NCBI GenBank assembly: GCA_963815325.1
Contig: CAWFGG010000011.1
Span: 70,645-134,644, forward strand
Reading direction: 5' to 3'
DNA: 64,000 nucleotides
Source: an uncultured Gemmatimonadales bacterium
GTDB taxonomy: Bacteria; Gemmatimonadota; Gemmatimonadetes; Gemmatimonadales; GWC2-71-9
This document shows positions 45,408 through 54,126 of the stretch, in pieces. A program made the translations under genes and the position numbers. Each line of letters begins with the position of its first letter. Position 1 is the stretch's first letter. Under the pieces are notes generated by a model. The model was not told the origin of the DNA. It searched no databases and saw only the letters and a program-made list of their open reading frames with translations.

Positions 45408-45707
45408 ATGCATCCAGCCCCTCTTCCCCCTTCGCCTGACGCGCAGGCGCCAAGGTCTTGGGGTGCGCTCGTCGCCCGGTTGGCGTTCCGCGGGGCCGCG
45501 AACCCCCGACTCGCCGCCGACCTGCTACGCACGGCCTGGGCGTTCCGCCGCCGTGGGTGGTGGACGACGCCGCCCTTCCTGCCCATCCCCGATCGTACCT
45601 ATCTGCGCTGGCGGATGGAGACTGCCTACGCCGACCCCGATGCGATTCCTCCGGTCGAGGATGTGATCCGCTTCGCCCGCTGGCGACGAACCACCATCGG
45701 GGTGTAA
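45408..45707 (+). CDS. 99-aa hypothetical protein
   Basis: The ORF ends 4 nt before the ndh start. It is Trp/Arg-rich (RRRGWWTTPPFLPIPDRTYLRWRMETAY). No family recognised. Confidence 0.4.
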   Translation: MHPAPLPPSPDAQAPRSWGALVARLAFRGAANPRLAADLLRTAWAFRRRGWWTTPPFLPIPDRTYLRWRMETAYADPDAIPPVEDVIRFARWRRTTIGV

Positions 45708-45711
45708 CGCC

Positions 45712-46995
45712 GTGCCGTCAACCAAGGCGCAGGTGGTCATTCTCGGGGGAGGCTTTGCCGGGCTGTACGCGGCCAAGGCCCTTGGATCGGCGCCCGTTTC
45801 GGTGACCCTGGTGGATCGGCGGAACCATCACCTCTTCCAACCCATGCTCTACCAGGTGGCAACCGCGGCACTGTCGCCCGGCGACATCGCGTCGCCGATC
45901 CGCTCGATCCTGCGCGGCCAACCCAATACCCAGGTGATCCTGGGAGAGGCGCGATCGGTCGACTGTGCGTCGAAAAGCGTGCTCGTAGATAGGAGTAGTC
46001 TAAGCTACGACTATCTGATCCTTGCGACCGGGGCGCGGCACTCCTATTTCGGCCATCAGGACTGGGAGGAATTTGCCCCTGGCCTCAAAAGCATCGAAGA
46101 TGCCCTCGAAATCCGGCGCCGGGTCCTGCTCGCCTTCGAGGCGGCAGAACGGGAGCCCGACCCCGATCGGAGACGCGCCTTGCTCACCTTCGTGGTGGTT
46201 GGCGGAGGACCGACCGGGGTCGAGCTCGCGGGTGCCCTAGCGGAAATCCGACGCTATGCGCTGCGTCGCGACTTCCGGCGCATCGACTCCCGGGAGGCCA
46301 CGGTCGTGTTGCTCGAAGGCGGCCCGCGCCTGCTCGGGTCCTACCCCGACTCACTCAGTGCCGCCGCCGAGCGTGCCCTCACGCGCCTGGGCGTGGACGT
46401 GCGGACGGGCAGCTTCGTGGACGGGATCACGGCCGAGGGAGTCTCCGCCGAAGGGACTCGGATCCCGACCCACACGGTGGTGTGGGCGGCAGGCAACCTG
46501 GCCAGTCCCCTCCTCCGCTCGCTGGGCTCGCGCCTCGACGACCAGGGACGGGTGGTCGTGGCGGACGATTGCACCATCCCGGATCACCGGGAGGTGTTTG
46601 TCCTGGGCGACGCGGCATGTTTCGACCATCAGCCGGGTGGACCCCTCCCGGGCCTCTCGCCCGTCGCCATTCAGATGGGCCGGTACGCGGCGCGCGCGAT
46701 CACCAACGACCTGGCCGGCCGGCCTCGTCGGCCGTTCCGCTACCGAAACAAGGGCCAGCTGGCCGTCATCGGTCGCGGTCGGGCCGTCGCCGACATTGGA
46801 CGCCTGCACTTCAATGGGTTTCTCGCCTGGCTCGCCTGGGTCTTCGTTCACATCTTCTTTCTGATCGGCTTTCGAAACCGGATCATCGTCCTGATGGAGT
46901 GGGCCTGGTCGTACGTGACGTTTCAACGCGGCGCACGACTCATCACCGGCGATGGCCGCGACAGAGACACTGCGCGTCTCGGAGGGTCGTCATGA
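45712..46995 (+). CDS. ndh: type II NADH dehydrogenase (NDH-2) family flavoprotein
   Basis: GTG start. VVILGGGFAGLYAAK, NHHLFQPMLYQVA and VVVGGGPTGVELAG are present. Confidence 0.85.
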   Translation: MPSTKAQVVILGGGFAGLYAAKALGSAPVSVTLVDRRNHHLFQPMLYQVATAALSPGDIASPIRSILRGQPNTQVILGEARSVDCASKSVLVDRSSLSYDYLILATGARHSYFGHQDWEEFAPGLKSIEDALEIRRRVLLAFEAAEREPDPDRRRALLTFVVVGGGPTGVELAGALAEIRRYALRRDFRRIDSREATVVLLEGGPRLLGSYPDSLSAAAERALTRLGVDVRTGSFVDGITAEGVSAEGTRIPTHTVVWAAGNLASPLLRSLGSRLDDQGRVVVADDCTIPDHREVFVLGDAACFDHQPGGPLPGLSPVAIQMGRYAARAITNDLAGRPRRPFRYRNKGQLAVIGRGRAVADIGRLHFNGFLAWLAWVFVHIFFLIGFRNRIIVLMEWAWSYVTFQRGARLITGDGRDRDTARLGGSS

Positions 46996-47918
46996 GATCC
47001 GCGGACGAGGTCAAGGTGGTGGCGGCATCGCTTGGGTTTCTTGCTTGCGGGGTTACCGACCTGGCACCGACGCCGCATGCCCGCGAGTTGGATGCCTGGC
47101 TGGAGGCGGGCTACGCTGGAACGATGCGCTATCTGCATCGCCAGGCCGCGCTTCGGCGCGAGCCCGGCCGGATCGTCGCCGGCGCACGATCGGCGGTCGT
47201 CGTGCTCGACAACTACTTCTACCCCGATACGGCAGCGGACGCCGTGCCGCCACGGATCGCGAAATACGCGCGAGGCACGGACTACCACATCACGACCCTG
47301 CGTCGGGTCGAGAAGTTGGCGGATTTCCTTCGCTCCTGTGGCGCCAAGATCGCGAGGCCGTTCGTCGACGCCGGCCCCGTGCCCGAGCGAGAATTGGCGC
47401 AGCGCGCCGGCCTCGGGTGGATCGGCAAGAACACCATGCTGCTTCGCCCGGGCAGCGGCTCGTTCTTCTTCATCGGCGTTGTGCTGACCGATCTCGAGTT
47501 TGAGCCGGATCCCGCGTTCGAGGCAGACCGCTGCGGCAGCTGCACCCTGTGTCTCGACGCCTGTCCCACCGAGGCGTTCGTCGGGCCACGCCTGTTGGAT
47601 GCCACGCGGTGCATTTCATATCTCACCATCGAGCATCACGGCCCCATCCCGAGCGAGCTCGGTGCGAAGTTCGAGGGTTGGGCATTCGGATGTGATATCT
47701 GCAACGATGTCTGCCCGTGGAATCAACGCTTTGCCGCACCGTCATCGCACGGCGCCTTCAAGCAGCGCGACACACCGGTCAAAGCGCCGGACTATTTCGA
47801 GACCATGAGCGATGTCGACTTCGACGCCCGCTTTGGAGACACCCCCCTCGAACGGCCAGGGCTCGACGGGATGCGTCGCAACTGGAAGGTGGCACTCGAC
47901 AGTGTGGGCGGCGAATGA
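46992..47918 (+). CDS. queG: tRNA epoxyqueuosine(34) reductase
   Basis: ATGA overlap with the ndh stop. CGSCTLCLDACPT, CISYLTIEH and CDICNDVCPWN are present. Confidence 0.85.
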   Translation: MRSADEVKVVAASLGFLACGVTDLAPTPHARELDAWLEAGYAGTMRYLHRQAALRREPGRIVAGARSAVVVLDNYFYPDTAADAVPPRIAKYARGTDYHITTLRRVEKLADFLRSCGAKIARPFVDAGPVPERELAQRAGLGWIGKNTMLLRPGSGSFFFIGVVLTDLEFEPDPAFEADRCGSCTLCLDACPTEAFVGPRLLDATRCISYLTIEHHGPIPSELGAKFEGWAFGCDICNDVCPWNQRFAAPSSHGAFKQRDTPVKAPDYFETMSDVDFDARFGDTPLERPGLDGMRRNWKVALDSVGGE

Positions 47919-47936
47919 CATGGTGGTGACCGGACG

Positions 47937-48461
47937 ATGACCTCCATCGACCCTTCTCCGGCCGATCCCGCCACCGACCCCGAGGTTCGGGGCGGGCCGG
48001 CTCATCATCGGAGACTCGAGCGGGTCCGCAAGCTCGGGCGCCTGCTCGACACGTCGATTCGTGTCCCGGGCACCTCGTTCCGATTCGGACTCGATCCGCT
48101 GATCGGGCTCATTCCGGGTCTCGGGGATGCGATCGGCACGGTGCTGTCCGGCTACATCGTGGTCGAGGCCACGCGGTTCGGGGCAACGTTGAGCGTGCTG
48201 TTCCGCATGCTCTCCAACATCGCCCTCGAAGCCATCGTCGGGTTGGTTCCGGGAGCGGGAGACGCCTTCGACGTCCTCTGGAAGTCGAACACCCGAAACC
48301 TCCGACTGCTCGAACGCCATCTCGAGGATCCCGACACCACGCACGCCCTGAGCCGACGATACCTGATCGTGGTGATCGCAGGACTCGCACTCTTGGCCGG
48401 CGTGTCGATCGTCGGCCTCGTATGGCTGGGCCGCGCCTTCCTCCGAGTGCTTGGCCTATGA
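47937..48461 (+). CDS. DUF4112 membrane protein
   Basis: FRFGLDPLIGLIPGLGDAIG and GLVPGAGDAFDVLWKSNTRN are present. Confidence 0.7.
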   Translation: MTSIDPSPADPATDPEVRGGPAHHRRLERVRKLGRLLDTSIRVPGTSFRFGLDPLIGLIPGLGDAIGTVLSGYIVVEATRFGATLSVLFRMLSNIALEAIVGLVPGAGDAFDVLWKSNTRNLRLLERHLEDPDTTHALSRRYLIVVIAGLALLAGVSIVGLVWLGRAFLRVLGL

Positions 48462-49227
48462 GGCACGGTTCGTGAAGCCCGGCGATCTCTGGTGGTCGAT
48501 TGCCTCGGCGTGGGCCTGGTTCACGACCGGGCTCATCGTGCTCGTCTGGCTTCCGCTGATGGCTGTCCTCTTCGTCGTCACCGTACCCTTCGACCGAAGC
48601 CGGTATGCCATCGGCCGCTGGTTCCGGATCGCAGCCATGCTAGTTGCCAAAACCAACCCGTTCTGGAAGTTCAGGGTTACGGGAGTTTCAATCGACGACC
48701 CGCGCCGTCCGTACGTCGTCGTGGCCAATCACGAATCCTTTGCGGACATTCTGCTCATCAGCTATCTCCCCTGGGAAATGAAGTGGGTATCCAAGGCCGA
48801 GTTCTTCCGGATTCCCGTGGTCGGATGGGAAATGCGTCTGGCCGGCGACATCCCGCTCAGGCGCGGCTCGCCGACCAGTGCTGGGCAGGCAATGGCCGAC
48901 GCACGGAACGCATTGCGGCAGAAGGTGTCGGTGATGCTCTTCCCCGAGGGGACCCGCTCCCCGACGGGCGAGCTCCTGCCGTTCAAAGACGGCGCCTTTC
49001 GCCTCGCGATCAAGGCCGGCGTCCCGATTCTCCCTCTGGCGGTGGCCGGAACCGGGACCGCCCTGCCCAAACACGATTGGCGGTTCGGCCGCGCCGTGGC
49101 CGAGGTCGAGGTCTTGCCTCCGGTCGAAACTGCCGGCCTCACGCTCAAGGACGCAGCCGACTTGAAGAACCGAGTGCGTGATCTGATCGAACAGGCTCGC
49201 GCGAGATCACGGGAACGGATCGGATGA
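48451..49227 (+). CDS. plsC: 1-acyl-sn-glycerol-3-phosphate acyltransferase family
   Basis: NHESFAD (the HX4D motif) and FPEGTRS are present. The start is uncertain: TTG 48451 or GTG 48472. Confidence 0.8.
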   Translation: MAYEARFVKPGDLWWSIASAWAWFTTGLIVLVWLPLMAVLFVVTVPFDRSRYAIGRWFRIAAMLVAKTNPFWKFRVTGVSIDDPRRPYVVVANHESFADILLISYLPWEMKWVSKAEFFRIPVVGWEMRLAGDIPLRRGSPTSAGQAMADARNALRQKVSVMLFPEGTRSPTGELLPFKDGAFRLAIKAGVPILPLAVAGTGTALPKHDWRFGRAVAEVEVLPPVETAGLTLKDAADLKNRVRDLIEQARARSRERIG

Positions 49228-49610
49228 GTCGGTTCTGGGTGATCGCGGTGACCATGCTCCTGGCCGGAGCGGGGTGTAACCGAACCGCGCCGCCGAACGA
49301 ACTCCGGGCGTTCGATCCCGGTCGGACGCCGGCCGAGTTCCACGAGGGCGAGCAGCACTACGAGGCGCGGTGTGCGACATGTCATGGGCGCCATGGCACG
49401 GGGACGGATCGCGGACCGCCCCTCATCGACCGAATCTATCGGCCGAACCATCATGCCGATGCCGCGTTCCAGCGTGCGGTGGCATTCGGGGTCCAGGCGC
49501 ACCACTGGAATTTCGGCCCGATGCAACCGATCCCGGGAGTGAGCCGAGAGGAGGTGGCCCAGATTACCGGCTACGTGCGTTGGCTCCAACGGCAGGCCGG
49601 GGTCGGGTGA
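49224..49610 (+). CDS. lipoprotein c-type cytochrome
   Basis: ATGA overlap with the plsC stop. Lipobox LLAGAGC. The heme motif is CATCH. Confidence 0.75.
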   Translation: MSRFWVIAVTMLLAGAGCNRTAPPNELRAFDPGRTPAEFHEGEQHYEARCATCHGRHGTGTDRGPPLIDRIYRPNHHADAAFQRAVAFGVQAHHWNFGPMQPIPGVSREEVAQITGYVRWLQRQAGVG

Positions 49611-49640
49611 CAGGCGTGGCCGCCGAGTTCCTGGCTAAGG

Positions 49641-50567
49641 TCAGCCCGTTTCCTCAGTGCCTCGTCCCAGGCCCGCGGGCGCGCGCACTCGGCCGACCAC
49701 GCCGGCGAGCGCCAACAGCGTCAACACATACGGCAGCATGAGGAAGAACTGGTAGGGAACAGCCAGCCCCATCGCCTGAAACACATACTGCAGCGCGCTG
49801 GCCGCGCCGAAGATCAGGGCGGCGATGGCTACGCCAAACGGATGCCACCGGCCCAGCACGACGATGGCGATGGCCACGAAGCCGCGGCCGGCGGTCATCT
49901 TCTCCGCGAACGTCCCGACCTGAGCCAACACGAGGCTCGCGCCACCCAGGCCGGCCAGTAATCCCCCCACGATGGTGGCGATACTCCGCGTGGTGCGTAC
50001 CCGGACGCCCGCGGCACGCGCCGCCGACGGCGATTCCCCAACCGCGCGAACGGTGAGCCCCCACCGGGTGCGAAACAGAAGCCACCAGAGGGCCGGCACG
50101 GCAACCATGGCGATGTACGTAGGCGCGGGCTGAGCGAAGAAGGCCGGGCCGATGATCGGGATGGCATGAAGACCCGGCACCTCGATGACGCCCATGGTCG
50201 GGATCGAGAGCCCGGCCCCGGCCGCGCCAAACGACTGCCGGTAGAGCGCGCCGGTCAGGCCGAAGGAGCCGAGGGTCAGGGCCGTCCCGGTGATGATCTG
50301 ATCGGCCCCGGCGCCCACCGCCACGATCGCGAAGATTGCGGCCACCGCCGCCCCCGCCAGGGCAGCCGCGAGGACGCCAACCCATGGGCCGCCATGCACG
50401 GCACCGAGTGCGGCGGCCAACGCGCCACCCAACATCGCCCCCTCGATGCCGAGGTTGATGACGCCGGCGCGCTCGCCGAGGGTCTCGCCGGTGGCCGCGA
50501 GCAGAAGCGGTGTGGCGACTCTGACGGCGGCGGCCAGGAAACCCGCAACGAGGGTGGCGATGTCCAT
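49641..50567 (-). CDS. ABC transporter permease (BMP/nucleoside-type, second permease)
   Basis: About 9 TM segments. GERAGVINLGIEGAM is present. Confidence 0.85.
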   Translation of the reverse strand: MDIATLVAGFLAAAVRVATPLLLAATGETLGERAGVINLGIEGAMLGGALAAALGAVHGGPWVGVLAAALAGAAVAAIFAIVAVGAGADQIITGTALTLGSFGLTGALYRQSFGAAGAGLSIPTMGVIEVPGLHAIPIIGPAFFAQPAPTYIAMVAVPALWWLLFRTRWGLTVRAVGESPSAARAAGVRVRTTRSIATIVGGLLAGLGGASLVLAQVGTFAEKMTAGRGFVAIAIVVLGRWHPFGVAIAALIFGAASALQYVFQAMGLAVPYQFFLMLPYVLTLLALAGVVGRVRAPAGLGRGTEETG

Positions 50568-50570
50568 GTC

Positions 50571-51632
50571 TTAGGCGGCCGCCGGACTTGGGCGGCTTAC
50601 GGCCGATCGTCCCAGGTGGCGGAGCCGCGAATCGGCGAGAACGATGACCAGGATCACGACAGCCTCGACCACATAGACCGCGACGGACGGAATTCCGGCG
50701 TCCCGTTGCATCGCACCGGCGCCGGCTTCGAGCGCGCCGAAGAGGATCCCGGTAAATACGATTCCGATCGGACGGAGGCGGGCGAGCAATGCAACGGCGA
50801 TTGCGGTAAAGCCGTAGCCGGGCGAGAGATTTTGGTAGAGCGCGTAGGAAACACCGCTGACCTCGAGGCCGCCGGCCAGGCCGGCAAGCGCACCGGACCA
50901 CAAGAGCGCCGTACCCAGGATCCGGCCGCTCTTGATCCGACCCGATACTTCCGCGGCCCGAGGGCTGGCGCCGACTGCACGAAGACGATACCCCCACACC
51001 GTTCGGGTCACGACGTACCACAGCACGACACCCAGCGCGAGCGCAATCAGGAAGCCGAGATGGAGACGCGTGCCGGGCAGGATGGGCAGGCGGGCCGAGA
51101 GCGGAAGCGGATTGCTTTGGGGAAACACGCCGGTGGACTCCTGGAGGGGCCCCTGGACCATGAGCGACACCAGCGACTCGGCGACGAAATTGAGCAGTAG
51201 CGTGCTGATGACCTCGATGACGCCGAAGCGCAGTTTGAGCCAGACCGGAACGACCATCCACAGCGCACCGGCGATGGTCGCAGCAAACAAGATCGTGCCG
51301 ATTGCCGGGAAGAGAGGCCAGTGCCCGAGCTTGAGCCCGATCCAGGTTGCGGCTATGGCGCCGGCATAGAATTGTCCCTCGGCGCCGATGTTGAGCGCAC
51401 CGCCTTCGAGGGCCAAGGCGAAGCCGAGCCCGAGGATGATCAATGGAACGGCGCGCAGTAGTGTGGCTGAGGTAAAGGCATACCAAGAACCGAAGGCACC
51501 GTTCCACAATGCGGCCAGTGCTTGGGGCGCGTCGTAGCCACTGGCCCAGAGGCCGAGCGCGAGAATCGCGATTCCGGCTGAGAACGCCGACGCCACGACC
51601 AGGGCCGACCAGTGAAGGCGGGTGCGCGTCAT
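50571..51632 (-). CDS. ABC transporter permease (BMP/nucleoside-type, first permease)
   Basis: About 10 TM segments. LEGGALNIGAEGQFYAGA is present. Confidence 0.85.
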   Translation of the reverse strand: MTRTRLHWSALVVASAFSAGIAILALGLWASGYDAPQALAALWNGAFGSWYAFTSATLLRAVPLIILGLGFALALEGGALNIGAEGQFYAGAIAATWIGLKLGHWPLFPAIGTILFAATIAGALWMVVPVWLKLRFGVIEVISTLLLNFVAESLVSLMVQGPLQESTGVFPQSNPLPLSARLPILPGTRLHLGFLIALALGVVLWYVVTRTVWGYRLRAVGASPRAAEVSGRIKSGRILGTALLWSGALAGLAGGLEVSGVSYALYQNLSPGYGFTAIAVALLARLRPIGIVFTGILFGALEAGAGAMQRDAGIPSVAVYVVEAVVILVIVLADSRLRHLGRSAVSRPSPAAA

Positions 51633-52099
51633 ACCGCGCTAATTCATATCAAGGGTGTGCGCGAGCAGTGGATGCGAAAGCCCAGAAGCCAATCGGCCAT
51701 GGGGTACCAGCGCTGAATAGTCGCGTCATTTTCGCCGACAGACGCCCGCCGTGGGTATCTTGCATCGGTCGGCGACTCTGGAAGCAATCGGCCACCGTAC
51801 TGGCGGTAGCCCGGGGGTGGGGCCATCGGCTGCTCGCTTGGTACTATGGGTCGTGCTCGGGGTGTGGCTTTGGCTCTCAGCATTGGCTCGCTCGTACCAC
51901 GTCACGAAACGACGTTCGGCCTGGTTGCGCAAGGACCAAGCGTCGACCGTGTGTGGGCTGGTCCTTGGATGCTCCTGCAACCAGGGATTGCGCCGGACGC
52001 GGCTGCGAAGTGACGGAGCATTCGGATTCCAGAACTCAATGGTGTGATCGGTAGCACTGCCTGGGCAGTCGCCGTAACACCGCGACGGAGGTCGATACT

Positions 52100-54091
52100 G
52101 TGTCTGTACGCTGCCCGGCATGTCTCTCCGAGTTCCGCCGTTCCGAAGGCCTTCTGGAGTGCAGCCGGTGCGCCCGACAGTTCCGAGTAGACGACGGAAT
52201 CCCAAGGTTGTCGAAGAGTCCTTCCTCCTACTATGCCTTTGCAGGAATAGAGCAATCGGAATTTCAAGAACTCTTAGGATCCATCGATCGCGAAGGGTTC
52301 CAGACGGCCGTCCACCGATTCTTTCGGGACTTCGCCACCGACCGTGCCGAAGCGTTCTATCGGAACACCTTCGCCCGAGAACGAGCGGCGTGGAAATTCG
52401 CGCTGTCGCTACCGGAGGGGGCCACCGCGCTCGACTTGGGCTCGGGCGCCGGCGCGATTTCCATGGCATTGGCCCAGCATTGCCAGAGCGTCTTCGCCTG
52501 TGACATCACCCAGGAAAGGCTGTCGTTCTTGAAACGCTGGGCAGCCTACGAGTCTGCGGACAACATCACGTGCGTATGTGGTGGAGACACCGATCGCCTT
52601 CCCTTCAGCACTGACTTCTGCGATGTGATCGTCCTCAATGGTGTGCTAGAATGGGTGCCGGCCAGCAAGCCCGGAAACCCCCGACAGTGTCAGATTGATT
52701 TTCTTCGGGAAGTTCGCCGGGTCCTGAAGCCCTCAGGACAGCTCTATGTTGGAATCGAGAATCGAATCGGCTACCCGTATTTCTTCGGGAGAAAAGAAGA
52801 CCATACGGGGATACTGTTTCTGTCGCTTCTGCCCCGTCCGATCGCCCGTGTCGTCCACCGCATCAAACGTCAGTCTGAGTTTCGCACGTATACCCATTCA
52901 CCTCAAGGGTTGGCGAACCTGTTGCACACCACCGGTTTCGCCCACGTCACAGCCTATTGCCCGTTCCCGGATTATCGCCATTTCTCAGAACTGGTTCCTC
53001 TGGACGGGCAAACCCGGGTAACTCCACCCGTGCGAGCACGTCGGATCTCGACACTGGCACACCGGGTAGCCTCTCATCCAATCCTCCTGCGCCATGTGAG
53101 CCCGTCGTTGGCGGTGGTTGCGGGGAATACGAATGGCCAAATTCTCCTTCATGATGTCGCGGATGCCCTCGCACTCGCCGTCGACTCAGCATCAGCTAGC
53201 CCCTTTCTGGTCTCGCCAACCGGCATGGTCGTTTGGCGGGCACGGCACCGCGACGGCACACCGGTCATTGTGCGCCTCCCCATCTCGCCAGGAGGCCGGG
53301 CACGGTGCGAGGACAACTTCCGGGCCCTCAGCAGAATCCACACCCAACCAGGGATCAGCGCGTCGACTCGTCGACATGTCCCATTGCCGCTTGGTCAAGT
53401 GGAAGTCAAGGGACAGTTCGCCACGGCGGAGTCCTTGCTCCCCGGACGGCAGGTGAGCGTGGCAGACCTCAGGACGATTTCAACGGTGTGGCCCACTCTC
53501 GTTGACCTCATCGAGAATCTCGGGCACCTCGAACGACTGGAGGCGGGTGACAACGCCGCTGACGTTCCCACAGCAATCGAGCGATGGGTGGCAGCGCTCG
53601 AAGCCGCGTTACCGACCACGGAGGAGGGGCACGGCCGGCGGGATATAGTCAGGAGAGCTGCGAACGTGCTTCTCGAGTTTGCCCCGTCTCCGCAATTCGC
53701 TCACGGCAACTGCACCGTCGAGAACATTGTCGTCGATGAACGCGCGGGGCTCTTGGGACTGTACGACTGGGACCTTTCCCGGTGGGGGATGTTTCCGCTG
53801 ATTGACTTGCTCGAGTTTGGCCTCGCGACCCGGCAGAAGGACGGCGAGGACGGGGATTCCTTCTTGCGCCCGGTGATCCCCGAGTGCCATCCCACGATCG
53901 AGCGACTGGCCAGCCTCAAAGGGCTCCCCAGCAACTACCTCCAGATTCTCGAGGCGGCGTTCCTGTTGCGGATGGCCGCGTTGAAGGTTCTGCCACATTA
54001 CGTCGGGCCGGAACGTTATCGGGCGGTCCTGCAGATCATTGATGTGTTGGCGCGTCACATGCGCCGCGTCGGATTGGCAGACATCACGTAG
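52100..54091 (+). CDS. fusion protein: zinc ribbon + class I SAM methyltransferase + APH/protein-kinase-like domain
   Basis: GTG start. The zinc ribbon is CPAC...CSRC. The SAM motif is LDLGSGAG, followed by LKPSGQLYVG. The C-terminal half has FAHGNCTVENIVVDERAGLLGLYDWD: HGN in place of the kinase HxD, then DWD. Confidence 0.75.
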   Translation: MSVRCPACLSEFRRSEGLLECSRCARQFRVDDGIPRLSKSPSSYYAFAGIEQSEFQELLGSIDREGFQTAVHRFFRDFATDRAEAFYRNTFARERAAWKFALSLPEGATALDLGSGAGAISMALAQHCQSVFACDITQERLSFLKRWAAYESADNITCVCGGDTDRLPFSTDFCDVIVLNGVLEWVPASKPGNPRQCQIDFLREVRRVLKPSGQLYVGIENRIGYPYFFGRKEDHTGILFLSLLPRPIARVVHRIKRQSEFRTYTHSPQGLANLLHTTGFAHVTAYCPFPDYRHFSELVPLDGQTRVTPPVRARRISTLAHRVASHPILLRHVSPSLAVVAGNTNGQILLHDVADALALAVDSASASPFLVSPTGMVVWRARHRDGTPVIVRLPISPGGRARCEDNFRALSRIHTQPGISASTRRHVPLPLGQVEVKGQFATAESLLPGRQVSVADLRTISTVWPTLVDLIENLGHLERLEAGDNAADVPTAIERWVAALEAALPTTEEGHGRRDIVRRAANVLLEFAPSPQFAHGNCTVENIVVDERAGLLGLYDWDLSRWGMFPLIDLLEFGLATRQKDGEDGDSFLRPVIPECHPTIERLASLKGLPSNYLQILEAAFLLRMAALKVLPHYVGPERYRAVLQIIDVLARHMRRVGLADIT

Positions 54092-54126
54092 TCGCGACAG
54101 CGGCCGGCTGCCGATTACATCCGGCG

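Noticed and set aside
49654-51507. 617-aa ORF on the minus strand across both permease genes
   Set aside because: It is an alternative frame of the two ABC permease genes. The sequence is extremely Arg/Gly/Pro-rich and not protein-like.
51726-52469. 247-aa minus-strand ORF spanning the long intergenic region and the 5' end of the fusion gene
   Set aside because: It has no recognisable motifs. It overlaps the better-supported + strand gene, and its composition is Arg/Pro/Ser/Thr-rich.
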